Below, piece by piece: positions 24,082-33,078 of a DNA stretch of 36,759 nucleotides. The notes under the pieces are model-generated. The model saw nothing but the letters and a program-made list of their open reading frames with translations, was not told the DNA's origin and ran no database searches. This stretch comes from a virus (lineage: Duplodnaviria; Caudoviricetes), in IMG/VR virus record IMGVR_UViG_3300020707_000012, positions 1-36,759 of that record; one strand, 5' to 3'. The translations under genes and the position numbers were made by a program. Every line of letters starts with the position of its first letter. Position 1 is the first letter of the stretch.

Positions 24082-25991
24082 TATGTTCGGCTCCTAGTTG
24101 TTGCAATGTTTTTGGTTGCATATTGATTGGCTGCCCAAATCGCACCAGAGCTGCCATATATCCTGTCTTCAAATGATTTGGTGTCAATGGCTTGGATGTT
24201 GTAATTGGTGACGTTTTGGACTGTTTGACCGCCCATACCGCCCAGCTGATTGTTCGGTATCACTGTGGAATTGCCTCGAGGCACAATCACCTCTGGGCCA
24301 TTTTCACCAACAATGGATGGTTGGCCAGCATCGAGTGGACCACCTGTGGCATTTGAAACCATGATGGGTGTGGCCGTTTCCACTGGAGCTGGTCCAGTTG
24401 ACCCACCAAAAATACCCCCACCAAATCCACTAAACATATTGCTAAACAATTGAGTGGCCTGTGCCTTGATTTGAATTGCAATCAAGTCAGCAATAATGCT
24501 TTTTGCTAAATCAGAAAAATTCAATTTCCCTGTTTTTACAAAAGTTTCCAATGCTGAAGACATTTGATCAACAACAGTGGTAAATGATTTTTTCCCAACA
24601 TCGGCCATGGTTTCAGCATTTTCTTTGTATTGTGCAAATGCCTCATTCCATCCAGTTTCAAATTTTGTCCTGGCCTCTTGATTGGCTGCCACCACTTTTT
24701 GTGTTTGTTGCACATAATAATCTGTGGAAACCTGAACCAGTGTTTTTTGTCTTTCCAGCTCTGCTTGAAGTGCGCCAGCACCAGGCCGTCTTTTATCGAT
24801 TTGACTCATCTTTTGATCGATGGCATCCAATTCTTTTTGTTGATTGTTCAAAACTGCATTAACTGCATTTTGCATTTCAACTTCATTTTTGGTGAGCATT
24901 TTGTCTTTTTCTTTTTGGCTCAACATTTCCAAATTTAATTGTTCTCGATTTTGATAGGCAGCAAATAATTCTTTTTCTGCTAATAATTGTTTTGAATAAG
25001 ATTCAATAACTGGTCTGTTTATATCTTCTTTTTTAGGTTTTTCTTTTTCTTCTGTTTTAGGTGGGTTTAAGATATTTGACTCAAAAGTGGCAATGTTTTT
25101 TGCCATTTCCTCGACTTCTTTTTCATATCTTTTATTGTCTGCAATTGCAGCGTCAATGCCTTGGGTGAATAGAATTTTTGCATTTTCAAATGTATGCTGA
25201 ATTTCCATTCCAATGGCTTTAAATGTGTTTAAAACCCTTTCACCCAAAATAGTGACTGTTTCCATGCCAATGCGTAAAGCCTCAAAAAACACATGACTTA
25301 CACCATTGCTTTTGGTCATTTCATTATAAAAAGCCAACAAACTGGGTATCACTGCATTGGTGAAATTCAACGACATCTCTTTGCCAGCTGCAGTTAATTT
25401 CAAACTTAATTCATGTGCTTTTTCAACTGATGCAGCATATTCATCCATTGATCCTTTGCCTTCTTGGATAGATTTGGCCAATCCAGCCAAATCCACGCCT
25501 CGAATTGATCGACCCAATGTTTCAAAAGCCAATCCATTTCTTTCGGCTGCATCTTTCATATTGCCAAGAGAATTGATAACTTTTTCAAACAAATCTTGCT
25601 CAGACAAATGCCTCAAGTCATTTAATGTGACTCCAAGTTTTGCAAATGATTCTTGGGCTTTGGCATTTCCTTGTACTGCAGATTCCATTTTTTGGGTAAA
25701 GCCAGAATAAATTCTGCTGGTATCTTCTGCATTTCCACCATTTTCCTCAAGTGCTTTGGACAATTCCAAAACTGATGCAGTGGCCACTTCATTGGCTTTG
25801 GCAGTTTCCACAATCCTATCTGAAAACTCCAAAGCTGATTTTGTCATTTCATAAAAACCAGCCACGCTCAATACTTCAGGCAAATATTCTTTTAATTCTC
25901 TAAGAGAATTTTTAGCCTCAGCAATTCCTTTTTTGAATTCTGTTGTATCCAGCCCAAGTTGCGCACCTAGTCCAGCAATAATATTGGCCAT
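24081..25991 (-). CDS. Tail tape measure protein (lambda-type C-terminus)
   Basis: LGLDTTEFKKG, FVKTGKLNFSDLAKSIIADL, ATGG...VGENGPE. Confidence 0.92.
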   Translation of the reverse strand: MANIIAGLGAQLGLDTTEFKKGIAEAKNSLRELKEYLPEVLSVAGFYEMTKSALEFSDRIVETAKANEVATASVLELSKALEENGGNAEDTSRIYSGFTQKMESAVQGNAKAQESFAKLGVTLNDLRHLSEQDLFEKVINSLGNMKDAAERNGLAFETLGRSIRGVDLAGLAKSIQEGKGSMDEYAASVEKAHELSLKLTAAGKEMSLNFTNAVIPSLLAFYNEMTKSNGVSHVFFEALRIGMETVTILGERVLNTFKAIGMEIQHTFENAKILFTQGIDAAIADNKRYEKEVEEMAKNIATFESNILNPPKTEEKEKPKKEDINRPVIESYSKQLLAEKELFAAYQNREQLNLEMLSQKEKDKMLTKNEVEMQNAVNAVLNNQQKELDAIDQKMSQIDKRRPGAGALQAELERQKTLVQVSTDYYVQQTQKVVAANQEARTKFETGWNEAFAQYKENAETMADVGKKSFTTVVDQMSSALETFVKTGKLNFSDLAKSIIADLIAIQIKAQATQLFSNMFSGFGGGIFGGSTGPAPVETATPIMVSNATGGPLDAGQPSIVGENGPEVIVPRGNSTVIPNNQLGGMGGQTVQNVTNYNIQAIDTKSFEDRIYGSSGAIWAANQYATKNIATTRSRT

Positions 25992-26344
25992 TATGTTCCC
26001 TCAAAAAGAATCGATGGGGCATTTGGAGCCATGGCCATGAAAGCCAAAAGTCTCTGATTTGTTAACTCTTTCCGATCTTCATCGGTCATCGGATAAAGAT
26101 ATTCAAATGCCTTTGGAATTATATCCTCGAGTGTATATGGGGACTTGCCTTTGGGCAACATTTTATTGAATTGACCAGCGGTCAAACTGCCCAAAACCTC
26201 CAAAATCCCACGATTTCCAATCAATCCATCTGCATACATAACCGCAATGTCAGTGAATGTGCCCTCGTCAATTGATGCTGGATCGGCCCCATGGGCCGTT
26301 AAATAGGCTTTGACTTGCCTTCTGACCGATCCAGTTATTTTCCC
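25991..26344 (-). CDS. Tail assembly chaperone, frameshift extension (gpGT-like)
   Basis: The -1 frame is open from the slippery site (K-ITGSVRRQVKAYLTAHG...) into the 25991..26239 ORF. Confidence 0.8.
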   Translation of the reverse strand, partial: GKITGSVRRQVKAYLTAHGADPASIDEGTFTDIAVMYADGLIGNRGILEVLGSLTAGQFNKMLPKGKSPYTLEDIIPKAFEYLYPMTDEDRKELTNQRLLAFMAMAPNAPSILFEGT

Positions 26345-26823
26345 TTTGTGGCCGTGTAATTGGGTGAAATGGTAGAGTTAATGTAGTCCAGCAGCTCCAG
26401 TTGAACACTGAATGGGAACAATTCTTCAATGTCTGCATATGTGATGGTGTTCATGTCAAAGTCTTTATTCTCTGGCACCAACATTTTAAAAGCCTCAACC
26501 AATCTGTTTTCTGTCAAAACTTTGTTTCTAGTGGTTTCCCTAATGGATCGATCTTTGATTAAAACATCGTTTTCAAGATATTTGACTTCAGGATCATTTT
26601 CATATTTGGCCCGATTATCAAGAAATTCTTTGGCCATGTCCTGATAGTATTTTTCTGCTTTGTCTTCATCGACCACTTTGGCTCGCTCAAACATGGCCTC
26701 AGTTTCAATTGTCAAAGGCACTTTGACTTTAAATGTGTGACCGCCAAATTTGAATGATCTGATTCTGAGTGAGTCTTTTTGCTCCATGAATTTGGAGCCA
26801 AATGCGTTTGCCAAGTTTGTCAT
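26335..26823 (-). CDS. Tail assembly chaperone (gpG-like)
   Basis: Upstream of the tape measure; ends G-GGA-AAA-TAA. Confidence 0.8.
   Translation of the reverse strand: MTNLANAFGSKFMEQKDSLRIRSFKFGGHTFKVKVPLTIETEAMFERAKVVDEDKAEKYYQDMAKEFLDNRAKYENDPEVKYLENDVLIKDRSIRETTRNKVLTENRLVEAFKMLVPENKDFDMNTITYADIEELFPFSVQLELLDYINSTISPNYTATKGK
26338..26344 (-). other. -1 ribosomal frameshift site GGGAAAA
   Basis: X-XXY-YYZ heptamer just before the stop, analogous to lambda G/GT (GGGAAAG). Confidence 0.85.
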
Positions 26824-26826
26824 GTT

Positions 26827-27438
26827 TTATTTTCCTGTTGTCATGTGTCTTGATTTGTATTTCATCAATGCGTCTTTCAATGAATCCACCAATGAATCTG
26901 TCACTCGTTGGGAGTTTGATTCCAAAGCTGGTCGAATGAATGGCATTCCCTCGCCTTTCAGCCATCTGGCAGTGCCAAATTCAATGGCAAAAGCCCTTGC
27001 ATCACTGATCATGTGCTGCATTACTTTTGTTTTTTTGTTTTTAAATTTTCCGCTTAATAGCTTCTTTTCTGTCCTGGCATTTTTTCCAATATCACCTTTT
27101 AATTTTGGATGATCCCAGTCTGGTATGAATTTTTTACCTGGTGCGACTGTCACTCTAGAAATCATCACCATTGTTGGTGTGGAGTAACGTGATCGTTTGT
27201 CTCTCGATGTTGGTTTTCTTGCCTCGACTTGCAATGATTCCAACAATTGACCAGTTTCAATGTTGTCATGTGTTAAAAGCAATCCTCTGGCTGCTTGCAG
27301 AACTGGCAGCATTGCTTCTCGACAAGCATTTCTCAAAATATTTTTTGCGTCTTTTTCACCAAAATCATCATTGATCTGATCGAGCAAATCCTCGAATTCC
27401 TTGAATCCAGACCATTGCATGGTGATGTCTGTTTCCAT
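26827..27438 (-). CDS. HK97 gp10-like tail completion protein
   Basis: GFKEFEDLL, TGQLLESL, AIEFGTA, PFIRPALE. Confidence 0.85.
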   Translation of the reverse strand: METDITMQWSGFKEFEDLLDQINDDFGEKDAKNILRNACREAMLPVLQAARGLLLTHDNIETGQLLESLQVEARKPTSRDKRSRYSTPTMVMISRVTVAPGKKFIPDWDHPKLKGDIGKNARTEKKLLSGKFKNKKTKVMQHMISDARAFAIEFGTARWLKGEGMPFIRPALESNSQRVTDSLVDSLKDALMKYKSRHMTTGK

Positions 27439-27669
27439 TTAATTCAATTTTCCAATGATGATTTTCTTGAAAATTAAAGAATTAAGCTGCAGCACATAAT
27501 CGACCACTTCCTCTGGTGTCATCGAGCTGGCATGGTTTTTTGCAATGTCAAAGGCCAAATTGATACCTGTGATTTTCTGTTGAGAAAAGCCAAACCAGTC
27601 TTTTTTACCAGACTCGGCTTGGCTTACTAGGTATCCCAAAAGATCATTGCTATTTTGTATTATTGTCAT
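27439..27669 (-). CDS. Hypothetical protein
   Basis: Tightly packed ORF in the tail operon. Confidence 0.7.
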   Translation of the reverse strand: MTIIQNSNDLLGYLVSQAESGKKDWFGFSQQKITGINLAFDIAKNHASSMTPEEVVDYVLQLNSLIFKKIIIGKLN

Positions 27670-27684
27670 TTTGTCGTGTTTTGT

Positions 27685-28206
27685 TTAAGTGTTGTTGGAC
27701 CAGCCGTATTGGTTGCCCCTGGGATGCACTGTAAATTTGCACTTTGCCTCGGCATTTGGTGCAGCATCAACTGTGAATTCAGAAACACGACCAGTGAAAG
27801 CATAAGCCACTGTGTTTGCGCCTGATGTGGCAGCAATCACAAAAGTGCGATCAATGATGCCTGAATATGCATCGCCTCTAATCAACAAAAGGCCAGCATC
27901 AGCTGGATTCCAAGCTGCAGTGATTGTCAATGATGTGGGCTTGGATTGTGTGGGAATAATGTCCGATTGACGAGCACCAGCCACTGCAAATGATGCTGAT
28001 GCATCATCTTGGCCAAATGCTGGAATTGCCTCGACATTGAGCTGCTCACCAGCAGAGCCAGTGCCATTGGCTGCAGTGCCAACAATGTTTGCAACTTCAG
28101 CAGTCCATGTGGACAATTGAGTCAATGTGAGTGGTGTGGGTGTTGCACCTGTTTGGCACCAGAGTGATGCACTAAAGCCAGGTAAGACTTGATTGGGTAA
28201 TGCCAT
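27685..28206 (-). CDS. Major tail tube protein
   Basis: Size, position after the tail terminator, YAFTGRVSEFTVD..P..EAKCKFTV. Confidence 0.78.
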   Translation of the reverse strand: MALPNQVLPGFSASLWCQTGATPTPLTLTQLSTWTAEVANIVGTAANGTGSAGEQLNVEAIPAFGQDDASASFAVAGARQSDIIPTQSKPTSLTITAAWNPADAGLLLIRGDAYSGIIDRTFVIAATSGANTVAYAFTGRVSEFTVDAAPNAEAKCKFTVHPRGNQYGWSNNT

Positions 28207-28249
28207 GATTAAATCCTTTGAGAAAAATTAAACAACTTGTTTTGTTTTA

Positions 28250-28675
28250 TCAACATGGGATGTCCATCCGACAATCCAAGATTATTTGGTGCAATTTTAC
28301 TTGATCATCATATGTGTTGTATAGCATAGAAATGTCAATTTTCGACACATACACACCAGCAAATGAGCCTTTCACGCCCAAAAATCCATTATACCCATGC
28401 AAAGCCTGAGTGATCGTATTGGACAAACCAAAGCAATCATTCATGTTTTGTGCAAATATTGAACATTGAAAAATTGGTGTATCAATGCCTTTGTTTGCCT
28501 GATTCACGCCAGTGTAGACTGGCTGGTGTACATTCCGCAGCTGCCAGGTCACAAAACTCGGCTCTGCAGCAAAATTCCTGTTGAAGTTTGCGTACACTGG
28601 AACTGGTGACACTGCAGCAGCCAAACCATTTTGAATGGCTTGGGCATAATTGACAATGTTTTGCTGGACTGTCAT
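28250..28675 (-). CDS. Tail terminator protein (DUF3168-like)
   Basis: Gene order; FQCSIFA...ALHGY. Confidence 0.7.
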   Translation of the reverse strand: MTVQQNIVNYAQAIQNGLAAAVSPVPVYANFNRNFAAEPSFVTWQLRNVHQPVYTGVNQANKGIDTPIFQCSIFAQNMNDCFGLSNTITQALHGYNGFLGVKGSFAGVYVSKIDISMLYNTYDDQVKLHQIILDCRMDIPC

Positions 28676-29016
28676 ACGCTCACCGCTGGGTCGTTTCTAT
28701 AGCATAAGAATGACACATTCATGCGGTCATTGGATTCCATCACATCATTGATCCGATATTCCTGACCACGCCAAGTGATCGAATACAGATTTTGATGCTC
28801 AGACATTTGCAATGTATTGGGTGTGAAATTCAACACAAACTTGACGTTTTTTGTGTACGTCCGATCATCTTTGCCAATTTGTGCTGCATCACGCACATCT
28901 TGAACCAATGCTCGAGTCTGAAACCACAATGTGATGGTTGTGGTTTGTTGGCCAATCGTGTCCACACTATTGGTGACATTGTTGACATTGATTTGCTCAA
29001 AACGTGCAATTGCCAT
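28672..29016 (-). CDS. Head closure protein (SPP1 gp16-like)
   Basis: DTIGQQ...W, ITWRGQEYRINDV. Confidence 0.8.
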   Translation of the reverse strand: MAIARFEQINVNNVTNSVDTIGQQTTTITLWFQTRALVQDVRDAAQIGKDDRTYTKNVKFVLNFTPNTLQMSEHQNLYSITWRGQEYRINDVMESNDRMNVSFLCYRNDPAVSV

Positions 29017-29684
29017 TAAAGCACCAAAGGTTTATAGGGTCTGAGCAATGCAGCTGCGCCCATGGGAATCTCTTTCAGATTCGTTGATGTGGTGTTTGAT
29101 CTGTTGTTATACAAATGCGTGAGGATCATCAGTCCAGCTTGCTGGATCACTGGGTATGCAGCATATGGGCTTGAATTGGATGTGTAAACCACAACAATCG
29201 GATTTGTAATAGCTTGATTGATTTCACTTGGAATACTGTTGCAAATGACTTTATTACCAGTTGGATCGTAAAAATAAGTGGTGGGATCAACAATTGTAAA
29301 AACTGGTGGTGTGCTCGAGTCCCAGTATCCAACTTGATTGATCACAACTCCAGCACCATATTGTGTGGACTGGCTAACCTCGGGCAAGTCCAATGATGCT
29401 TGAGTACCGCTTTCGCCATTGTATGCGCCATAATAGACACGATACTGCGTTGGGAATATGCTCATCCCCAAAAAGTCCTCAACCGCCATTCTGGTGGCCA
29501 GCTCTAGCCCTTGCAAATAGGAATCCTGAGATTCATCACCAAACAAATTTAATTGATTGGTGATCTGATCGAGAGTCAACCATGGAGTTGAAACATCTCG
29601 ATCAATCTGCTCCACTTTTTCATAAGAAAATGGATTTCTATTTGTGCCCAAAAATGGGCCATTGGTGTAACTGTCCAGAGCCAT
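29016..29684 (-). CDS. Head-tail connector (HK97 gp6-like)
   Basis: WLTLDQI..QL, QAGLMILTHLYNNR, ALLRPYK. Confidence 0.85.
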   Translation of the reverse strand: MALDSYTNGPFLGTNRNPFSYEKVEQIDRDVSTPWLTLDQITNQLNLFGDESQDSYLQGLELATRMAVEDFLGMSIFPTQYRVYYGAYNGESGTQASLDLPEVSQSTQYGAGVVINQVGYWDSSTPPVFTIVDPTTYFYDPTGNKVICNSIPSEINQAITNPIVVVYTSNSSPYAAYPVIQQAGLMILTHLYNNRSNTTSTNLKEIPMGAAALLRPYKPLVL

Positions 29685-29693
29685 TTTGAGCCT

Positions 29694-30722
29694 TTAAGTT
29701 GAAAGTCTCACGCCACCAAATACATCTCGAATTGTGCTGCAAACACGCTTTTCAGCAAAGAGTGTCAAAAAGCCTGGTGCAGTTTGCTCAAACCACTGGA
29801 ATGACATTTCTTCATTGTCCACAATGGTCATAAATCTGCCCCAAGCTGCCAAATAAACTGGCAGTTTGCCTGAACCAATTTCATCCATGTATGTATTGGG
29901 AATCACTGGATGGCCAAAGATATTGCCAATTGAATATCCATCTTTGTCACCGATTTCCAAGAATAATGGCATACCTGATGAGTCTCTCAAAGTCCTCAGA
30001 TAATCAATTGTGCTGGGATGCATCATCCATGCGCAAGTGGGGTCATTGTAGTATTGGGGGGGCAATGCAGCATTCAATGCAGCAATGTCGTTGTAAGCAA
30101 TAGCACCGCCAGTTGTTGCAGTCACTGTCAATACTGTGTGAATTCCATTTGTGATGGCTGAACCATTTGTGCCAAATGCTGCAGTTGATCCGCTGGTGTA
30201 ACTATTCAAGCCACGCAATCCCAATGTGCCACCATAAGTGGTGGTGGTTGTTCCAGACTGGTCATTGTTCAGCATCATTGAAAGTGACTCTTGCTGAGAA
30301 AACTCAAGCATAACGTCTTCAATGATTGTTTCATTTAATGCATTTACATCACTCAAAACCGCAGTACGCACTGGGACTTGAGCTGCAATGGCTCTCATTG
30401 GCAATTGCCAAAAAGAAATTGCCTCGTTTGGTGTGCCCACATTGGGTGTGAATGTGTAGCCCCATGGGTTTGTGGGATTGGTAACATTACCAGTCTTGAC
30501 CACAAAAGCCTCATCTGATCCGATCGATTTGATTTCCCTTGCGCCAGCTGCTCTCAAAGGGTTATACAAACGCAATGCAGCAAATGCATCGTCATAAATA
30601 ACTCGACCACCGACACCAGAGCCTGAGCCAGTGAGTGCTGATGCCTCTTTCAAATTAACTGTCACACGCTTTTGCTTGTTCAGTGATTTTTGAATGGCCT
30701 CAAGAATGATGTTTGTGCTCAT
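29694..30722 (-). CDS. Second HK97-fold capsid protein (paralog lacking the long delta domain)
   Basis: Aligns by eye along its length with 30779..32140; start reassigned to MSTNIIL (ATG 30722). Confidence 0.85.
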   Translation of the reverse strand: MSTNIILEAIQKSLNKQKRVTVNLKEASALTGSGSGVGGRVIYDDAFAALRLYNPLRAAGAREIKSIGSDEAFVVKTGNVTNPTNPWGYTFTPNVGTPNEAISFWQLPMRAIAAQVPVRTAVLSDVNALNETIIEDVMLEFSQQESLSMMLNNDQSGTTTTTYGGTLGLRGLNSYTSGSTAAFGTNGSAITNGIHTVLTVTATTGGAIAYNDIAALNAALPPQYYNDPTCAWMMHPSTIDYLRTLRDSSGMPLFLEIGDKDGYSIGNIFGHPVIPNTYMDEIGSGKLPVYLAAWGRFMTIVDNEEMSFQWFEQTAPGFLTLFAEKRVCSTIRDVFGGVRLST

Positions 30723-30746
30723 AAATAAATCCAAAAAAATAAAATG

Positions 30747-30778
30747 AAAAAAAGGTGGGGGCAAATGCCCCCACTCTT
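30747..30778 (-). terminator. Intrinsic terminator between the two capsid genes
   Basis: Minus strand: GTGGGGGC-attt-GCCCCCAC-C-TTTTTTT directly after the major capsid stop. Confidence 0.85.
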
Positions 30779-32140
30779 TTAGTTTGCTGCAGTAGCAGTT
30801 GAACGATAGGCAATGATAGAGAAAGGATCGACATTGGATGCAGCCAAACGCTTCTCACCGAAGAATGTGATGTATCCAGGCAATGTCTGATCGTATCTAC
30901 GCAAAACCATGTTCAACCTGTCTACGATTGTATGGCCGCGTTGGAAATCTCCAAAATACATTGGGAACTTGTTCAATGTACCAGCTGATGCAGTGGTTGT
31001 TTGTGAGGGATTATCAAGATACTTGTTAACCACAACATCAAAGCCAAGCAATGTGCCAACAATACCAGTGCCAGGGCCATTATCCAAGGGATGCATACGC
31101 TCGAAAATTGGTGTGCCGTTGGAATCTTTCAAGCCTCTGATTTGTCCCAACATGAAAGGATTCACCAAAAACTTAGCAGTTGGTGTCCAGTATTGTTGTG
31201 GCAATGCATAGATGAAGTTGATCACATCGGTATATGTCACATTGGCTGCACCAACAGTGTTGCCGTTGGTAGTCAACTGATCATAAACTGCCAAACTGTT
31301 CAAGCCATTGCTAGTGGAAATGCCTGATGAACCGAATGCAGCAGTTGTGATTGCTCCACCAGTGTATGTGCCAGCTGCGCCATTGTTTGCATATTGATTC
31401 AAACCACGCAAACCTTGTGTACCACCATATGTATTGGGAGTGTCAGTTTGGTCGTTATTTTGGATCATTGATTGACCCTCAACTTGGCTGAATTCCATCA
31501 ACATATCGTCAACAACGTTGGCTTCTAAACCATCGATGTCATCGAGTGCAGCAGTACGGATAGGGAATTGCACGTTCAAATCTTGCAATACCAATTGCCA
31601 AATGTTGGTGTTTTCAGTTGTTGCTGAACCATTGTTTTGAATGGAATAGCCCCATGTTGCACCAGCATTTCCAACTTTAGCTCTGAACTGATAGGTGGAG
31701 CCTTCAGTTGTCACGTTGCGAGACAAACCACGCATGGGGTTAATCAAACGCAATGTGTGAAATACTGGATCATAAGCAGTACGTCCACCAACGTTGTAAC
31801 CGCCACCTGTCAAAGATGAACTTTCCATCAAATATGCTTGATACTGATCATCAGACTCAAACAACTTGATTTCTTTTTCCATTTTGCCTTTTTTGACAAA
31901 CTTGGACAATTGCTCACGCACCATTTTATTGACATCGCCCTTGATGGTTTTGGATGGCTTGATGATGGATGGTGCAGTGTTGATCTCAGACAATTTGGCC
32001 TCGATGGCTGCCAATTTTTCTGTGGTTGCAACAGAAATTTCTTCAACTTTTGCAAGAGTCTCGGCTTTTACTTCCTCGATTTTTGCAACATTTGATGCCT
32101 CGATGGCATCGACTTTTTCAAGAATTTTTTCGACTGACAT
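30779..32140 (-). CDS. Major capsid protein, HK97 family
   Basis: N-terminal coiled-coil delta domain; LKDSNGTPIF, TLLGFDVVVN, YFGDF; AAGGA SD; follows the protease. Confidence 0.93.
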   Translation of the reverse strand: MSVEKILEKVDAIEASNVAKIEEVKAETLAKVEEISVATTEKLAAIEAKLSEINTAPSIIKPSKTIKGDVNKMVREQLSKFVKKGKMEKEIKLFESDDQYQAYLMESSSLTGGGYNVGGRTAYDPVFHTLRLINPMRGLSRNVTTEGSTYQFRAKVGNAGATWGYSIQNNGSATTENTNIWQLVLQDLNVQFPIRTAALDDIDGLEANVVDDMLMEFSQVEGQSMIQNNDQTDTPNTYGGTQGLRGLNQYANNGAAGTYTGGAITTAAFGSSGISTSNGLNSLAVYDQLTTNGNTVGAANVTYTDVINFIYALPQQYWTPTAKFLVNPFMLGQIRGLKDSNGTPIFERMHPLDNGPGTGIVGTLLGFDVVVNKYLDNPSQTTTASAGTLNKFPMYFGDFQRGHTIVDRLNMVLRRYDQTLPGYITFFGEKRLAASNVDPFSIIAYRSTATAAN

Positions 32141-32150
32141 AATGATTTCC

Positions 32151-32942
32151 TTATTTAAGACGCTTTGAAAGTGCTTTCAACAATTCTCTTTCCTCTAGGG
32201 CTTTCAGAATTGAATCGGCCTCGTTGACCACCGCATCCGATTCGCTCGGTTTTGGGGTTTCCTGAATGACTTCCTCAGAAACATCACGTTTCTCGAGTAT
32301 TTTCTTCAGAATTGAAGATGCAGTGGTCGCATCTTTTCTTGAAAGCCCAGCATCACGCAGTGCTTTCTCGATCACTCTTGGATTTGCATGGCCATTGCCA
32401 TCAAAATATTCCAAATTCATCACTTCAGCTTTGGGATTGTTTGGGTACATCACCACTGATACTTCACGCAATCCACCTTTGGTGATTTGAAAATATGATT
32501 CTTCATCATCGTCATCACATGGATTACCATCAGAATCAACCATTTGGGCCTCATCGGCATATGCACCGACTGAAACGCCACCAAATAAGCTGGGGGATTC
32601 TTTTAAAACATTGTAGAGATCAGAGCCACCGACTGTGCTGAGAAACAATTTCCCTTCAGCGGTCATGCCATCATCGTCAAATTGGAATTCATTCCATTCA
32701 CCGACTGGCATGCCCATGTCGTTGTGATTTAAAAACATTGGCAATGGATTGCCAGCTTTGGCAAACTCATTGGCCCATTCCATGAATCCATCTGGCTGAT
32801 AATTGAATTTTCTGCCGTCTTCACCTTCTCTGGCTCCCCAGGTCGTGACTCGTGCAGAAATTTTTCCACTAGGATTTGCTTTTTGGTCTGCCTCTTTTTT
32901 TAGGCTGACTTTGGCCTCGCAAATTAGACTCAAATTTTTCAT
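32151..32942 (-). CDS. Prohead maturation protease
   Basis: PMFLNH, PVGEW, GVSVG, LREVSVVMYPNNPKA. Confidence 0.92.
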   Translation of the reverse strand: MKNLSLICEAKVSLKKEADQKANPSGKISARVTTWGAREGEDGRKFNYQPDGFMEWANEFAKAGNPLPMFLNHNDMGMPVGEWNEFQFDDDGMTAEGKLFLSTVGGSDLYNVLKESPSLFGGVSVGAYADEAQMVDSDGNPCDDDDEESYFQITKGGLREVSVVMYPNNPKAEVMNLEYFDGNGHANPRVIEKALRDAGLSRKDATTASSILKKILEKRDVSEEVIQETPKPSESDAVVNEADSILKALEERELLKALSKRLK

Positions 32943-33078
32943 TGACTACCCCATTGTGTATGGATTGATTATTATCTTGTAATATTGTATGGGTTTTGTC
33001 ATCAGTTTTCGGTAGTGTAACACCACTCGATTTGACTTGTGAAGACAAAATCCGAATTATTTTTTTTGTGTTGTTCAT
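32869..33078 (-). CDS. Small basic protein with C-terminal AT-hook-like motif
   Basis: Start overlaps the portal stop (TAATG); ends PKKRGRPKSKS; overlaps the protease start. Confidence 0.45.
   Translation of the reverse strand: MNNTKKIIRILSSQVKSSGVTLPKTDDKTHTILQDNNQSIHNGVVNEKFESNLRGQSQPKKRGRPKSKS

Noticed and set aside
30723-30778. N-terminal extension (MPPPFFHF) of the second capsid gene, or a capsid1-capsid2 fusion by frameshift or readthrough
   Set aside because: The extension runs through the terminator hairpin, and I saw no slippery heptamer before the first gene's TAA.
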